Source of the DNA: Candidatus Sericytochromatia bacterium
GTDB lineage: Bacteria > Cyanobacteriota > Sericytochromatia > S15B-MN24 > JAQBPE01
Assembly: GCA_035285125.1 (NCBI GenBank)
Contig: JAYKHR010000077.1
Coordinates: forward strand, 1-32,657
Direction: 5' to 3'
Length of the DNA stretch: 32,657 nucleotides
Part shown: positions 1 to 7,493 of the stretch, in pieces
Position numbering within the stretch: the first letter of the stretch is position 1
Layout of the letters: each line of letters starts with the position of its first letter
The notes under the pieces: model-generated
Database searches by the model: none
What the model was told of the DNA's origin: nothing
Seen by the model: only the letters and a program-made list of their open reading frames with translations
Translations under genes and position numbers: made by a program

Positions 1-146
1 TGGCAGGCCACGCAGCCGTTCTTGGTGAAGAGCGCGGCGCCCTTGTGGCCACCCTCGTGGGGGTTGGCGAACGCAGCCGGCTGGGAGAGGGCGAGGCTCG
101 CGCCCGCGGCGAGCGAGGCGGCGAGGAGGGTCGAGAGGATGCGCAT
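1..146 (-). CDS. Periplasmic c-type cytochrome, 5' part only (truncated by window edge)
   Basis: Not in the ORF track. Manual translation of the minus strand from ATG at 146 gives MRILSTLLAASLAAGASLALSQPAAFANPHEGGHKGAALFTKNGCVAC(H): signal peptide with AFA cleavage site, then G-x-x-L-F...CxxC(H) typical of class I cytochrome c. AGGAG RBS upstream. Confidence 0.85.
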   Translation of the reverse strand, partial: MRILSTLLAASLAAGASLALSQPAAFANPHEGGHKGAALFTKNGCVAC

Positions 147-250
147 GGCGTTGCTCCTGAAGGTAGAAAGGGCTTACCGCGGGACATCTTACCCGGCAAG
201 CGGGGCTTCCTGCAGCCTGGCGCCGCAAGCCGGCCCCACGCCCCGCCCGC

Positions 251-457
251 TCAGGGCCGCTCCCGGGCCTCGGCCGCTGCCTCCTGCCGCCGGCGCATCG
301 CGCCGCGCTCCAGCGCCTTGCGCCTGGCCGGGTCGTCGAGCTGCTCCCAGCGGCGGATCTCGTCGGGCGTGCGCCGGCAGGTGGCGCACCACGGGAAGGC
401 CGGGTGCTGCGCGCAGCGGCTGACACACGGCGAGGGGATGGTGCCTTTCTTCGGCAT
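251..457 (-). CDS. DUF1289-family small Cys-rich (putative Fe-S/Zn) protein
   Basis: IPSPCVSRC...WCATCRRTPDEIRRW matches the DUF1289 pattern SPC..xC...C.GC.RT..EI..W. AGGAGG precedes the ATG at 457. Confidence 0.8.
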   Translation of the reverse strand: MPKKGTIPSPCVSRCAQHPAFPWCATCRRTPDEIRRWEQLDDPARRKALERGAMRRRQEAAAEARERP

Positions 458-638
458 AGGCGCGCCTCCTTCCTGGCGCATCTTGCCCGGGCGCGGCCCC
501 GGGCGCAACCCCCGACCTCGCGGCGGGCTCTCCGCGTGGCTGCCTGCTGGCGCCTGCCCCGATCCGTGCGGCGGGCTTTACAGGGGCGGCCCGGGGCCCA
601 TCATGGGAGGGTTGCCAGAGCCACGCTGGAGGCCCCCG

Positions 639-1517
639 GTGTCCGCAAGCCCCCCTCCCCTGCCTGAAGCCACCCTCGGCGCCACCGGCCGCCGCGTCAC
701 GCGCGCGGGCCTGGGCGGGGAGGGCGTGCTGCGCACCACCCGCCGGGGGCCGGAGGCCGCGGCCGTGCTGGAGGCGGCGCTGGCAGAGGGCATCACCTAC
801 TTCGACAGCGCGCGCGCCTACGCCGACTCCGAGCGCTACCATGGCGCCTGCTGGGCCAGGCGCCCGGCCGCGCGTGAGCGCGTCTTCCTCACGAGCAAGT
901 CCGCCGCGCGCGACGGCGGGGGCGCCCGCCGTGAGCTCGAGGAGACGATGCGGCGCATGGAGGTCGACCACCTAGACCTCTGGCAGCTCCACGACATGCG
1001 CACGGACGACGACGTCGACGAGCTCATGCACCCTGGCGGCGCGCTCGACACCTTCGTGCGCGCCCGCGAGCAGGGGCTGGTGCGCCACCTCGGCGTCACG
1101 GGCCACCACGCGCCCCGCGTGCTGCGCGCCGCTATCGAGGCCTTCCCCGTCGACGCCGTGCTGCTCCCCGTGAACCCGATGGAGGGGGCGCTCGGCGGCT
1201 TCCTCACGGACGTGCTGCCCGCGGCCCGGGCGCGCGGCCTCGGCGTGATCGGGATGAAGGCCCTCGGAGGTGCGGGCGCCCCCGGCGGGGCGGGCGGGGG
1301 CCGGCTCGTGCGTGCCGGGCTCGACGCGAATGCCCTGTTGCGCTTCGCCTTCGCGCAGCCCGTCGACGTGGTGATCGTGGGCTGCGCGACGCCCGCCGAG
1401 GTTGCGGCGCTCGCTGCCGCGAGCCGCGCGCCGCTCGACGCCGCCGGGCAGGCCGCCCTGATCGAGGCCGTGCGGGGCGAGGCATGGGCGCTCGCGGGCT
1501 ACCGCGGGGAGCGCTGA
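639..1517 (+). CDS. Aldo/keto reductase
   Basis: LGATGRRVTRAGLGG, GITYFDSARAY, VFLTSK, DHLDLWQLH, GLVRHLGVTGH and GVIGMK are AKR motifs. GTG at 639 follows GGAGG; the longer ORF start at 45 overlaps two real opposite-strand genes. Confidence 0.9.
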   Translation: MSASPPPLPEATLGATGRRVTRAGLGGEGVLRTTRRGPEAAAVLEAALAEGITYFDSARAYADSERYHGACWARRPAARERVFLTSKSAARDGGGARRELEETMRRMEVDHLDLWQLHDMRTDDDVDELMHPGGALDTFVRAREQGLVRHLGVTGHHAPRVLRAAIEAFPVDAVLLPVNPMEGALGGFLTDVLPAARARGLGVIGMKALGGAGAPGGAGGGRLVRAGLDANALLRFAFAQPVDVVIVGCATPAEVAALAAASRAPLDAAGQAALIEAVRGEAWALAGYRGER

Positions 1518-1600
1518 TCGCCCTGGGATCGCGCGCACAGAAGGGCAAGGTGGTGGCCGCGTAGGCTGGGGGGGTCCCCCTTCGACCCGGAGCCAGGCCC

Positions 1601-2047
1601 ATGTCCGTCACGTCGCATGCCCCCGTCGTCGCCCGCTTGGGCTGGCTTGCCACGGCCTCGCTGCTCGTCGCGGCGGCGCTCTGGGTCACGGCCGCCCGCC
1701 CGGTGGCGGCAGCCGAGCTCGGGGGCGAGGGCGCGCTCGAGACCCTGCCCGGCCTGCCGCCGGCCGAGGCCTCGATCCACCTCGTGCGCCAGCCCGTGGC
1801 GCCCGCCGCGGCGGGCCGGCCGCGCGGCGGCTGGCAGCCTTTGGCGTGGACCGGCCTCGGCGGGCTAGCGGGCGGCCTGACGGGGCTTGGGGTGGCGCCG
1901 GCCCTCGGGCTGCAGCCCCAGGCGGCGGCCGTCCTCGGCGGCGCGCTCGGCGCGGGCACGCTCGGGGCGTGGGCCGCGTTCCACGGCTGGGGGCTGGCCC
2001 CTGGGGCTGCGCCAGGGCCGGCCGCGGTGGCCGCTCAGGCGCGCTGA
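1601..2047 (+). CDS. Hypothetical membrane/exported protein
   Basis: Signal-peptide-like N-terminus and two Gly-rich hydrophobic segments. GGAG RBS and a TAGGCT -10-like hexamer at 1562 upstream. Fills the gap between neighbours without overlap. Confidence 0.55.
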   Translation: MSVTSHAPVVARLGWLATASLLVAAALWVTAARPVAAAELGGEGALETLPGLPPAEASIHLVRQPVAPAAAGRPRGGWQPLAWTGLGGLAGGLTGLGVAPALGLQPQAAAVLGGALGAGTLGAWAAFHGWGLAPGAAPGPAAVAAQAR

Positions 2048-2055
2048 GCCGGGGC

Positions 2056-3129
2056 TCAGCAGGCCGCCAGGATCCGGACCTCGTCCTCGGAGAGCGCCCA
2101 CCGGCGGGGCGTGAGCTCGATTCGCGGCGGGGGCAGGCTGGCGGCCAGGCGGCGCCAGGCCTGGAGCCCGCGCAGGAACTGGCCGGCCTCGACGCGCGAG
2201 CGGAAGCCGCCGGCCTCGACGGCTTGGCGGCCAGCGGCCTCCAGCGCCTCGCGGGCCAGCGTGGCCTCGCCGAGCTCGGTGGCGACCCAGGCCCGCAGCC
2301 CCTCGCCGCCCGCCTCGTCGCAGCGCGTGAGCGCCTCTCGGGCGTGCTGGCCCTCGCCCCTGCTGACGCCGAGGGCCAGCAGGCGCTCGGCGGCAGAGGC
2401 CTCGGCCGTGGCGAGCGTCCGCAGCAGCTGGCCCTTGGCGGCCGCGGCGGCGGCCCAGCGCCGGGCGCCCTCCACGGCGTCCCCGCTGGCGATGGCGAGG
2501 TGGCCGAGGGCCATCTGCGCCTGGTGGTAGGCCGCGGCCTGGCCCAGGCCCGTCGCGGGCTGGCCCTGCGCGTCCAGCCAGGCCACGGCGGCTTCCAGGG
2601 CCTTGCGCCAGCGTCGGCAGAACTCGAAGTCGCCCGTCCGCAGTGCGAACTCCGCGCAGGCCCAGGCCAGCATCGCCGTGGCCTCGCCGCAGCGGCGCAG
2701 GTCCTCGGCGGCTCGCCCGGCGGCCCGCCCGCGGCCGAGCCGGCTCAGCCAGCGCCCCAGCCGGCCGCCGACGGCGCGGGGGGTCGCGGGCAGCCGGCCG
2801 TCCGGCTGCTGGCTCGTCATCACCCGCTCCAGCAGCTTGCCCGCGAAGCCGAGCTGGCCGCACTCGAGCGCGCCGAGCACGCTCCAGGCCACCTCGTCGG
2901 CGTCCCGAAGGCCGAGCCAGCCGGCGGTGGGGGGCGTCTGGGTGGGCGAGGCATCCCGCATGGCCTGCGCGGCCAGGGCCTCGGCTCGGGCGATCGCCTC
3001 GTCCGCGGACAGCGAGGCCATCGGGGAGGTCGTGGGGCGCGCCTCGCGGCGGGCCAGGGGAAGCATCAGGCGTTGAGCGGCGACGAGCGGCATGGGGGGG
3101 CTGGCTCTCAACTCGGGCAAGGGCTGCAA
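2056..3129 (-). CDS. Hypothetical protein with six-hairpin glycosidase-like (alpha/alpha toroid) segments; start uncertain
   Basis: WLGLRD...ALECGQLGFAGKLLERVMTSQQPDGRLP and ATAMLAWACAEFALRTGDFEFCRRWRKALEAAVAWL resemble GH15/amylo-alpha-1,6-glucosidase-type helices. Alternative starts at 3093, 3066 and 3021. Confidence 0.55.
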   Translation of the reverse strand: MQPLPELRASPPMPLVAAQRLMLPLARREARPTTSPMASLSADEAIARAEALAAQAMRDASPTQTPPTAGWLGLRDADEVAWSVLGALECGQLGFAGKLLERVMTSQQPDGRLPATPRAVGGRLGRWLSRLGRGRAAGRAAEDLRRCGEATAMLAWACAEFALRTGDFEFCRRWRKALEAAVAWLDAQGQPATGLGQAAAYHQAQMALGHLAIASGDAVEGARRWAAAAAAKGQLLRTLATAEASAAERLLALGVSRGEGQHAREALTRCDEAGGEGLRAWVATELGEATLAREALEAAGRQAVEAGGFRSRVEAGQFLRGLQAWRRLAASLPPPRIELTPRRWALSEDEVRILAAC

Positions 3130-3186
3130 ACGTGCGTTATGTTCCTCAGATTAAGCCCCGCTTCTCAGCCTCGCAAGCCCCGTCAA

Positions 3187-3220
3187 AAAACCGTTCCGTG
3201 CTTGATGCGGGAACGGTTTT
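3187..3220. other. Inverted repeat / hairpin flanked by A and T tracts in a divergent intergenic region
   Basis: AAAACCGTTCC-N12-GGAACGGTTTT has perfect 11-bp arms. Confidence 0.6.
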
Positions 3221-3363
3221 CGGGTTTTTCGGGCGGGTTTTTTTAGATGTGAAGCTTTGTAAAATTATGCCGCACTGACGGCTTCGTCGTCGGATCGTTA
3301 CGTCGAGGCCCTCGGGGGGAATTTAACCCCAGGGCTCGCGGTGGGCTTCCTGGAGGTGGCGTG

Positions 3364-4608
3364 ATGAGGCGAGGTTCCTTGCTGATTGGGCTCCTGCTTG
3401 GGGCGGCCCTGGCGGCGTGCGCCGGGCAGCCGCCCGCAAGCCCCGGCGGGCAGCCTGAGGCGGCGACGCCTGCCGCTGCCGGGGTGCGTCTGACTGGCCA
3501 GGTGCGCGTCCCCGTCGCCTACGCGGGTTCCGCGAGGCGGGCCTGGGCGTTGCGGCAGGCTGGCCCCACGACGTCTGACGGCACCGGCCGCCCCGCTGGC
3601 ATCGTCGAGCCGATCTTCGACGGCACCGGCCGCCCCGCTGGCATCGTCGAGCCGATCTTCGACGGCACCGGCCGCCCTGCTGGCATCGTCGAGCCGATCT
3701 TCGACGGCACCGGCCGCCCTGCTGGCATCGTCGAGCCGATCTTCTTGCCCGGTGACAGGCCCCTCGGCAACGCCGTGGTGTACCTGGCAGACGCCCAGGG
3801 CGCGCCACTGCCGGACCTTCCCATGACGGTGAGCGACGCCGACGGCGCGTTCGCCTTTCCCTGGGTGCCCCGTGGCTTCACCGTGATGGTGGTGGCCCAG
3901 GCGCGAGACCAGGCGGGCAGGCTCGCGCAGTTCAAGACCCTGGCGCGTGCTGGAGAGACGCCTGCCGCTCCCCTGGATGCGGGCTCCACCCTGGCGGCTG
4001 AGGCCTTGTTGCGGGGCGGCGCAGGCCGCCTTGGCGGCTTCGACGCGGCCCGGTTCGAGCGCCTGAGAGGTCAGCTGAACGCCGACATCCAGCAACGGGG
4101 GGCACCCGACATGACGGATGAGCAAGCCGTCGTGGCACGCCTCGACAAGGTGGTGAAGGCCATGGCTGACGTGGAGGCGGACATTGAGGCCCTCAAGGCC
4201 GAGATGCAGCGCACCAACCAGCAACTAGGAGAGCTGATGGCAGCGCTGAAGGCGCGCCCGGCGCCGCAGTACGCGACCCCGACCACGGAGGCGTCGCCAC
4301 GCCCGGCGCCGCAGTACGCGACCCCGACCACGGAGGTGTCGCCGCGTCCGGCCCCGCAGTACGCGCCCCCGACCACGGAGGTGTCGCCGCATCCGGCCCC
4401 GCAGTACGCGCCCCCGACCACGGAGGTGTCGCCGCGTCCGGCCCCGCAGTACGCGCCCCCGACCACGGAGGTGTCGCCGCGTCCGGCCCCGCAGTACGAG
4501 CCCCCCGGGGAGACACCCACGCCCACCCCGCTGGCCCGGCCGACGCCCACGCCCACCCCGCTGGCCCGGCCGACGCCCACGCCTACCCCTGAGCCGATCA
4601 GGCGCTGA
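3364..4608 (+). CDS. Lipoprotein with carboxypeptidase-regulatory-like (prealbumin-fold) domain, coiled coil and three tandem-repeat blocks
   Basis: MRRGSLLIGLLLGAALAAC lipobox. PLGNAVVYLADAQG...TVSDADGAFAFPWVPRG resembles CarboxypepD_reg. Heptad segment VKAMADVEADIEALKAEMQRTNQQLGELMAAL. GGAGG RBS. Confidence 0.85.
   Translation: MRRGSLLIGLLLGAALAACAGQPPASPGGQPEAATPAAAGVRLTGQVRVPVAYAGSARRAWALRQAGPTTSDGTGRPAGIVEPIFDGTGRPAGIVEPIFDGTGRPAGIVEPIFDGTGRPAGIVEPIFLPGDRPLGNAVVYLADAQGAPLPDLPMTVSDADGAFAFPWVPRGFTVMVVAQARDQAGRLAQFKTLARAGETPAAPLDAGSTLAAEALLRGGAGRLGGFDAARFERLRGQLNADIQQRGAPDMTDEQAVVARLDKVVKAMADVEADIEALKAEMQRTNQQLGELMAALKARPAPQYATPTTEASPRPAPQYATPTTEVSPRPAPQYAPPTTEVSPHPAPQYAPPTTEVSPRPAPQYAPPTTEVSPRPAPQYEPPGETPTPTPLARPTPTPTPLARPTPTPTPEPIRR
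3577..3744 (+). repeat. 4 x 42-bp in-frame tandem repeat (DGTGRPAGIVEPIF)
   Basis: GACGGCACCGGCCGCCC(C/T)GCTGGCATCGTCGAGCCGATCTTC repeated four times head to tail; a single synonymous C/T difference separates copies 1-2 from copies 3-4. Confidence 0.97.
4255..4497 (+). repeat. About 5.4 x 45-bp in-frame tandem repeat (RPAPQYA[T/P]PTTE[V/A]SP)
   Basis: Five full units plus RPAPQY read directly from the DNA and the translation. Confidence 0.97.
4513..4590 (+). repeat. About 2.6 x 30-bp in-frame repeat (TPTPTPLARP)
   Basis: ACGCCCACGCCCACCCCGCTGGCCCGGCCG units at the 3' end of the lipoprotein gene. Confidence 0.9.
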
Positions 4609-4620
4609 GGCCCCGGGGGC

Positions 4621-5922
4621 TCACGCGGCCCGGGCGCCTGCCTCGTCAGGTCCCTCGGCTGGCTCTGTCGCCGCCACGCAGGCGGCGATCGCCAGGTCGC
4701 CCGTCACGTTCAGCACCGTCCGGCACATATCGAGCAGGCGGTCGATGCCCAGGATCAGGCCGATCGCCGTGCCAGGCACCCCGATCGTCCCGAGCACGAT
4801 CACGATCATCGGCAGGCTGCCCCCCGGCACGCCCGCCGTCCCCACGCCCGCCAGCACGGCGAGCCCCATCACCGTGAGCTGCTGGCCAAGATCCAGGTGG
4901 ACGCCGAACAGCTGCGCGAGGAAGAGCACCGTGACGCCCTCGTACAGCGCTGTGCCGTTCTGGTTGGCCGTGGCCCCGATCGTCAGCACGAAGTGGCTCA
5001 CGCGCCGCGGCAGCATCAGGTTCTCGGTGGCCGTGCGCAGCGCCGTGGGCAGGGTCGCCGCGCTGGAGCTCGTCGAGAAGGCCGTCAGCATCGTCTCGCG
5101 CAGGTCCTTGAAGAACTGCACGGGGTCGCGCCCCGCGATCAGGCGCACGCCGAGCCCGTAGACCACCAGCTGGTGAAACGCGAGCGCCCCGAGCACCACC
5201 GCCACGTACTTGCCGAGCAGCCAGACCGTCTGGACCCCCAAGGTCGCCGCCACCGTGAACATCAGGCCCGCCACGCCGATGGGGGCCAGCATCATCGCGA
5301 AGTCGATGATCTTCAGCATCACCAGGAAGAGCGACTCCAGCCACTCCTTGAGCGGGGCTGCGCGCTCGGGCTTCACCGACGACAGCGCGGCGCCGAACAC
5401 GAGGGCGAACACCATCAGCGGCAGCAGCCCCCCCTGGAAGGCATTGACGGCCTCGGCCAGCGGGTTCTTGGGGATCAGCTCCACGAGGGTCTGGGCCCAG
5501 GTTTTGGCCTGGGCCGCCTGCGTGACGGCCTGCTGGGTGGCCTCCGTGCCGCCGATGCTGGCGAGCAGCGCCTCGCGCTCGGCCGGGCCGAGCCCCAGGC
5601 CTGGCTGCGTCAGGTTCACGGCCGCCAGCCCGATCGCCACGGCCAGCGACGAGAACACCACCGTCAGCCCCAGCGTCCTGAGCCCCATCCTGCCCACGCG
5701 CCCGACGTCGCCGACCTCCGACACCCCAAGCGTCAGGGCCGCCACCACCAGGGGCACCACGGCCATGAACACGCTGTTCATGAAGACCTGCCCGAGCGGC
5801 GTCGCGACGTTCTTGACCAGCCACGTCAGCGTCTGGGGGTCGCCCTCCAGCATCAGGCGGGCGAACAGCCCGAGCGCGAGGCCGGTCAACATACCGAAAA
5901 GGATGCGGGTGTGACGAGACAT
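4621..5922 (-). CDS. Dicarboxylate/amino acid:cation symporter (DAACS, GltP-like)
   Basis: AFSTSSSAATLP, IGATANQNGTALYE, GTAGVPGG and IDRLLDMCRTVLNVTGD are DAACS motifs. ATG at 5922 follows AGGAG. Confidence 0.95.
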   Translation of the reverse strand: MSRHTRILFGMLTGLALGLFARLMLEGDPQTLTWLVKNVATPLGQVFMNSVFMAVVPLVVAALTLGVSEVGDVGRVGRMGLRTLGLTVVFSSLAVAIGLAAVNLTQPGLGLGPAEREALLASIGGTEATQQAVTQAAQAKTWAQTLVELIPKNPLAEAVNAFQGGLLPLMVFALVFGAALSSVKPERAAPLKEWLESLFLVMLKIIDFAMMLAPIGVAGLMFTVAATLGVQTVWLLGKYVAVVLGALAFHQLVVYGLGVRLIAGRDPVQFFKDLRETMLTAFSTSSSAATLPTALRTATENLMLPRRVSHFVLTIGATANQNGTALYEGVTVLFLAQLFGVHLDLGQQLTVMGLAVLAGVGTAGVPGGSLPMIVIVLGTIGVPGTAIGLILGIDRLLDMCRTVLNVTGDLAIAACVAATEPAEGPDEAGARAA

Positions 5923-6019
5923 GCGGGGCTCCTGGCGCGGCGAGGGGGTACCCCTTTGTTCCCGGCTGTCCGCCCGACCCAACGGCCCCAGGCAGCTCGG
6001 TAAAGAGCGAGACAAGTTC

Positions 6020-6035
6020 AGGTTGTCTTCAACCT
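6020..6035. promoter_or_regulatory. Operator-like inverted repeat AGGTTG-N4-CAACCT
   Basis: Perfect 6-bp arms about 40 bp upstream of the C11 peptidase start, in an AT-richer divergent intergenic region. Confidence 0.35.
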
Positions 6036-6074
6036 ATATGGAATGGGTCCGACATCACCCGAGGAGGTCCCTTG

Positions 6075-7439
6075 ATGCACCGTGGCGTCGTCTCTACCCT
6101 GGCCCTGGCCGCGCTGTGTGCCACGGGCTGCGCGCGCCTGCCGGGCTTGACGCTGGCCGGCAGCCCCACGGGCGGCCTCGACGCCAGCGGCCGCCGCGTG
6201 ATCGGGGGCGCTGCGTGGAGCGACTTCCGGATCGCCCCGCGCCTGCCGAAGGGCGAGGGGGCCCGCAGCGCCGTCAAGCTGACCTACCTGATGACGGACG
6301 ACACCAAGCACCAGAGCCCGCAGTCGCTCGGGATGCTTCAGATGCTCGACAACATGCCGCAGGCCAAGGTCCACAACGTCGTCTTCCGCGACGGCAAGGA
6401 CCAGGGCGACGCCCGCCTCTACTACATCCAGAAGGCCGACTACGACAAGGAGCGCATCGCCAATCCGGCGAGCCCCCTCGCGCCCGGCGTCGAGGAGGTG
6501 GCTTCCAACAACCCCCGCGTCTTCTCGCAGGTGCTGGCCTGGACCTTCGACCACTACGAGGGCCGCCGCCGCTACCTCCAGATCTACACCCATGGCGGCG
6601 GGGTCTTCGGCATCGGCACGGACGAGAACCAGACGGACCCCAGCGGCAAGCCGCTGCCCAAGGCCGAGCAGCGGGGCATCATGCGCCTGCCCGAGCTCTC
6701 GGAGGCCCTGCGGCAGGGCCTCAAGGGCCGCACGCTCGACGCGATCTACTTCCGGGCCTGCCTGATGGGCAACGTGGAGGCCCTCTACGAGCTGCGCGGC
6801 ACCACCCGCTACGCCATCGCCAGCGAGGACGTCAGCTACTCCGTCGACAACTCCAACCTCACGATGACCAAGCTCTTCGACACCCTCGCCGGCGCCGACG
6901 AGGAGCCCGCCGAGCTCGCCCGCAAGATGGCCATCGCCGGCCTCGGCAAGCACAGCAACGCGGGCGGCGGCCAGCACAGCGGCTACGTCACCATGGCGGC
7001 CGTCGACATCGGCCGGATGGACGAGCTCAAGACCGCCCTCAACGGCCTCGCCAGGGCCGTCCTGGCGGCGCTCCCGAAGGAGCGCGAGGCCATCCTCGCG
7101 GCCTACGACGCCGTGCCGAACTTCGGCGAGCACGAGAAGTACCAGCGCGACCTGTGGGCCTTCACGGCGGCCCTCCAGCAGCGCGCGAAGGACCCCGGCG
7201 TGCGCGAGGCCGTCGAGGCCGTGCGCAAGGCCCAGCGCGACGCGATGCTCCACGCCAAGGACGGCTACGGCTCGGCCGCCAACGGCCTCTCGATCCTGCT
7301 GCCCCCGCGCGGCCTGCCCGCCAAGGAGCGGGAGGCGCTGGCCGCCTTCATCAAGGCCCGCTACCAGGACACGCGCTTCGCGAAGGACACGGCCTGGGAC
7401 GACATGCTCAGGGCCGTCACCGCCGACGCGAAGGAGTAA
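6075..7439 (+). CDS. Clostripain-related (C11, clan CD) cysteine peptidase, predicted lipoprotein
   Basis: LQIYTHGGG (catalytic His-Gly), LDAIYFRACLMGNVEALYEL (catalytic Cys in the clostripain FDACLM..VE..YEL context), IASED and NGLSILLP. Lipobox-like ATGC. GAGGAGG RBS. Confidence 0.88.
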   Translation: MHRGVVSTLALAALCATGCARLPGLTLAGSPTGGLDASGRRVIGGAAWSDFRIAPRLPKGEGARSAVKLTYLMTDDTKHQSPQSLGMLQMLDNMPQAKVHNVVFRDGKDQGDARLYYIQKADYDKERIANPASPLAPGVEEVASNNPRVFSQVLAWTFDHYEGRRRYLQIYTHGGGVFGIGTDENQTDPSGKPLPKAEQRGIMRLPELSEALRQGLKGRTLDAIYFRACLMGNVEALYELRGTTRYAIASEDVSYSVDNSNLTMTKLFDTLAGADEEPAELARKMAIAGLGKHSNAGGGQHSGYVTMAAVDIGRMDELKTALNGLARAVLAALPKEREAILAAYDAVPNFGEHEKYQRDLWAFTAALQQRAKDPGVREAVEAVRKAQRDAMLHAKDGYGSAANGLSILLPPRGLPAKEREALAAFIKARYQDTRFAKDTAWDDMLRAVTADAKE

Positions 7440-7450
7440 CCCGCGCACCT

Positions 7451-7488
7451 CGCGGCCCTTGCAGCCGCGTCAGGCTGCGGGGGCCGCG
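7451..7488. terminator. GC-rich hairpin between the convergent peptidase genes
   Basis: CGCGGCCCTTGCAGCC-gcgtca-GGCTGCGGGGGCCGCG forms a 16-bp stem with two G-U pairs on the plus strand; no U tract. Confidence 0.55.
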
Positions 7489-7493
7489 CTGGC

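Noticed and set aside
45..638. N-terminal extension of the aldo/keto reductase
   Set aside because: Overlaps the cytochrome c and DUF1289 genes on the opposite strand; an RBS-supported GTG lies at 639.
3577..3744. Possible CRISPR array
   Set aside because: Repeats are contiguous with no unique spacers, are multiples of 3 within an ORF, and no cas genes are present. The same applies to 4255-4497.
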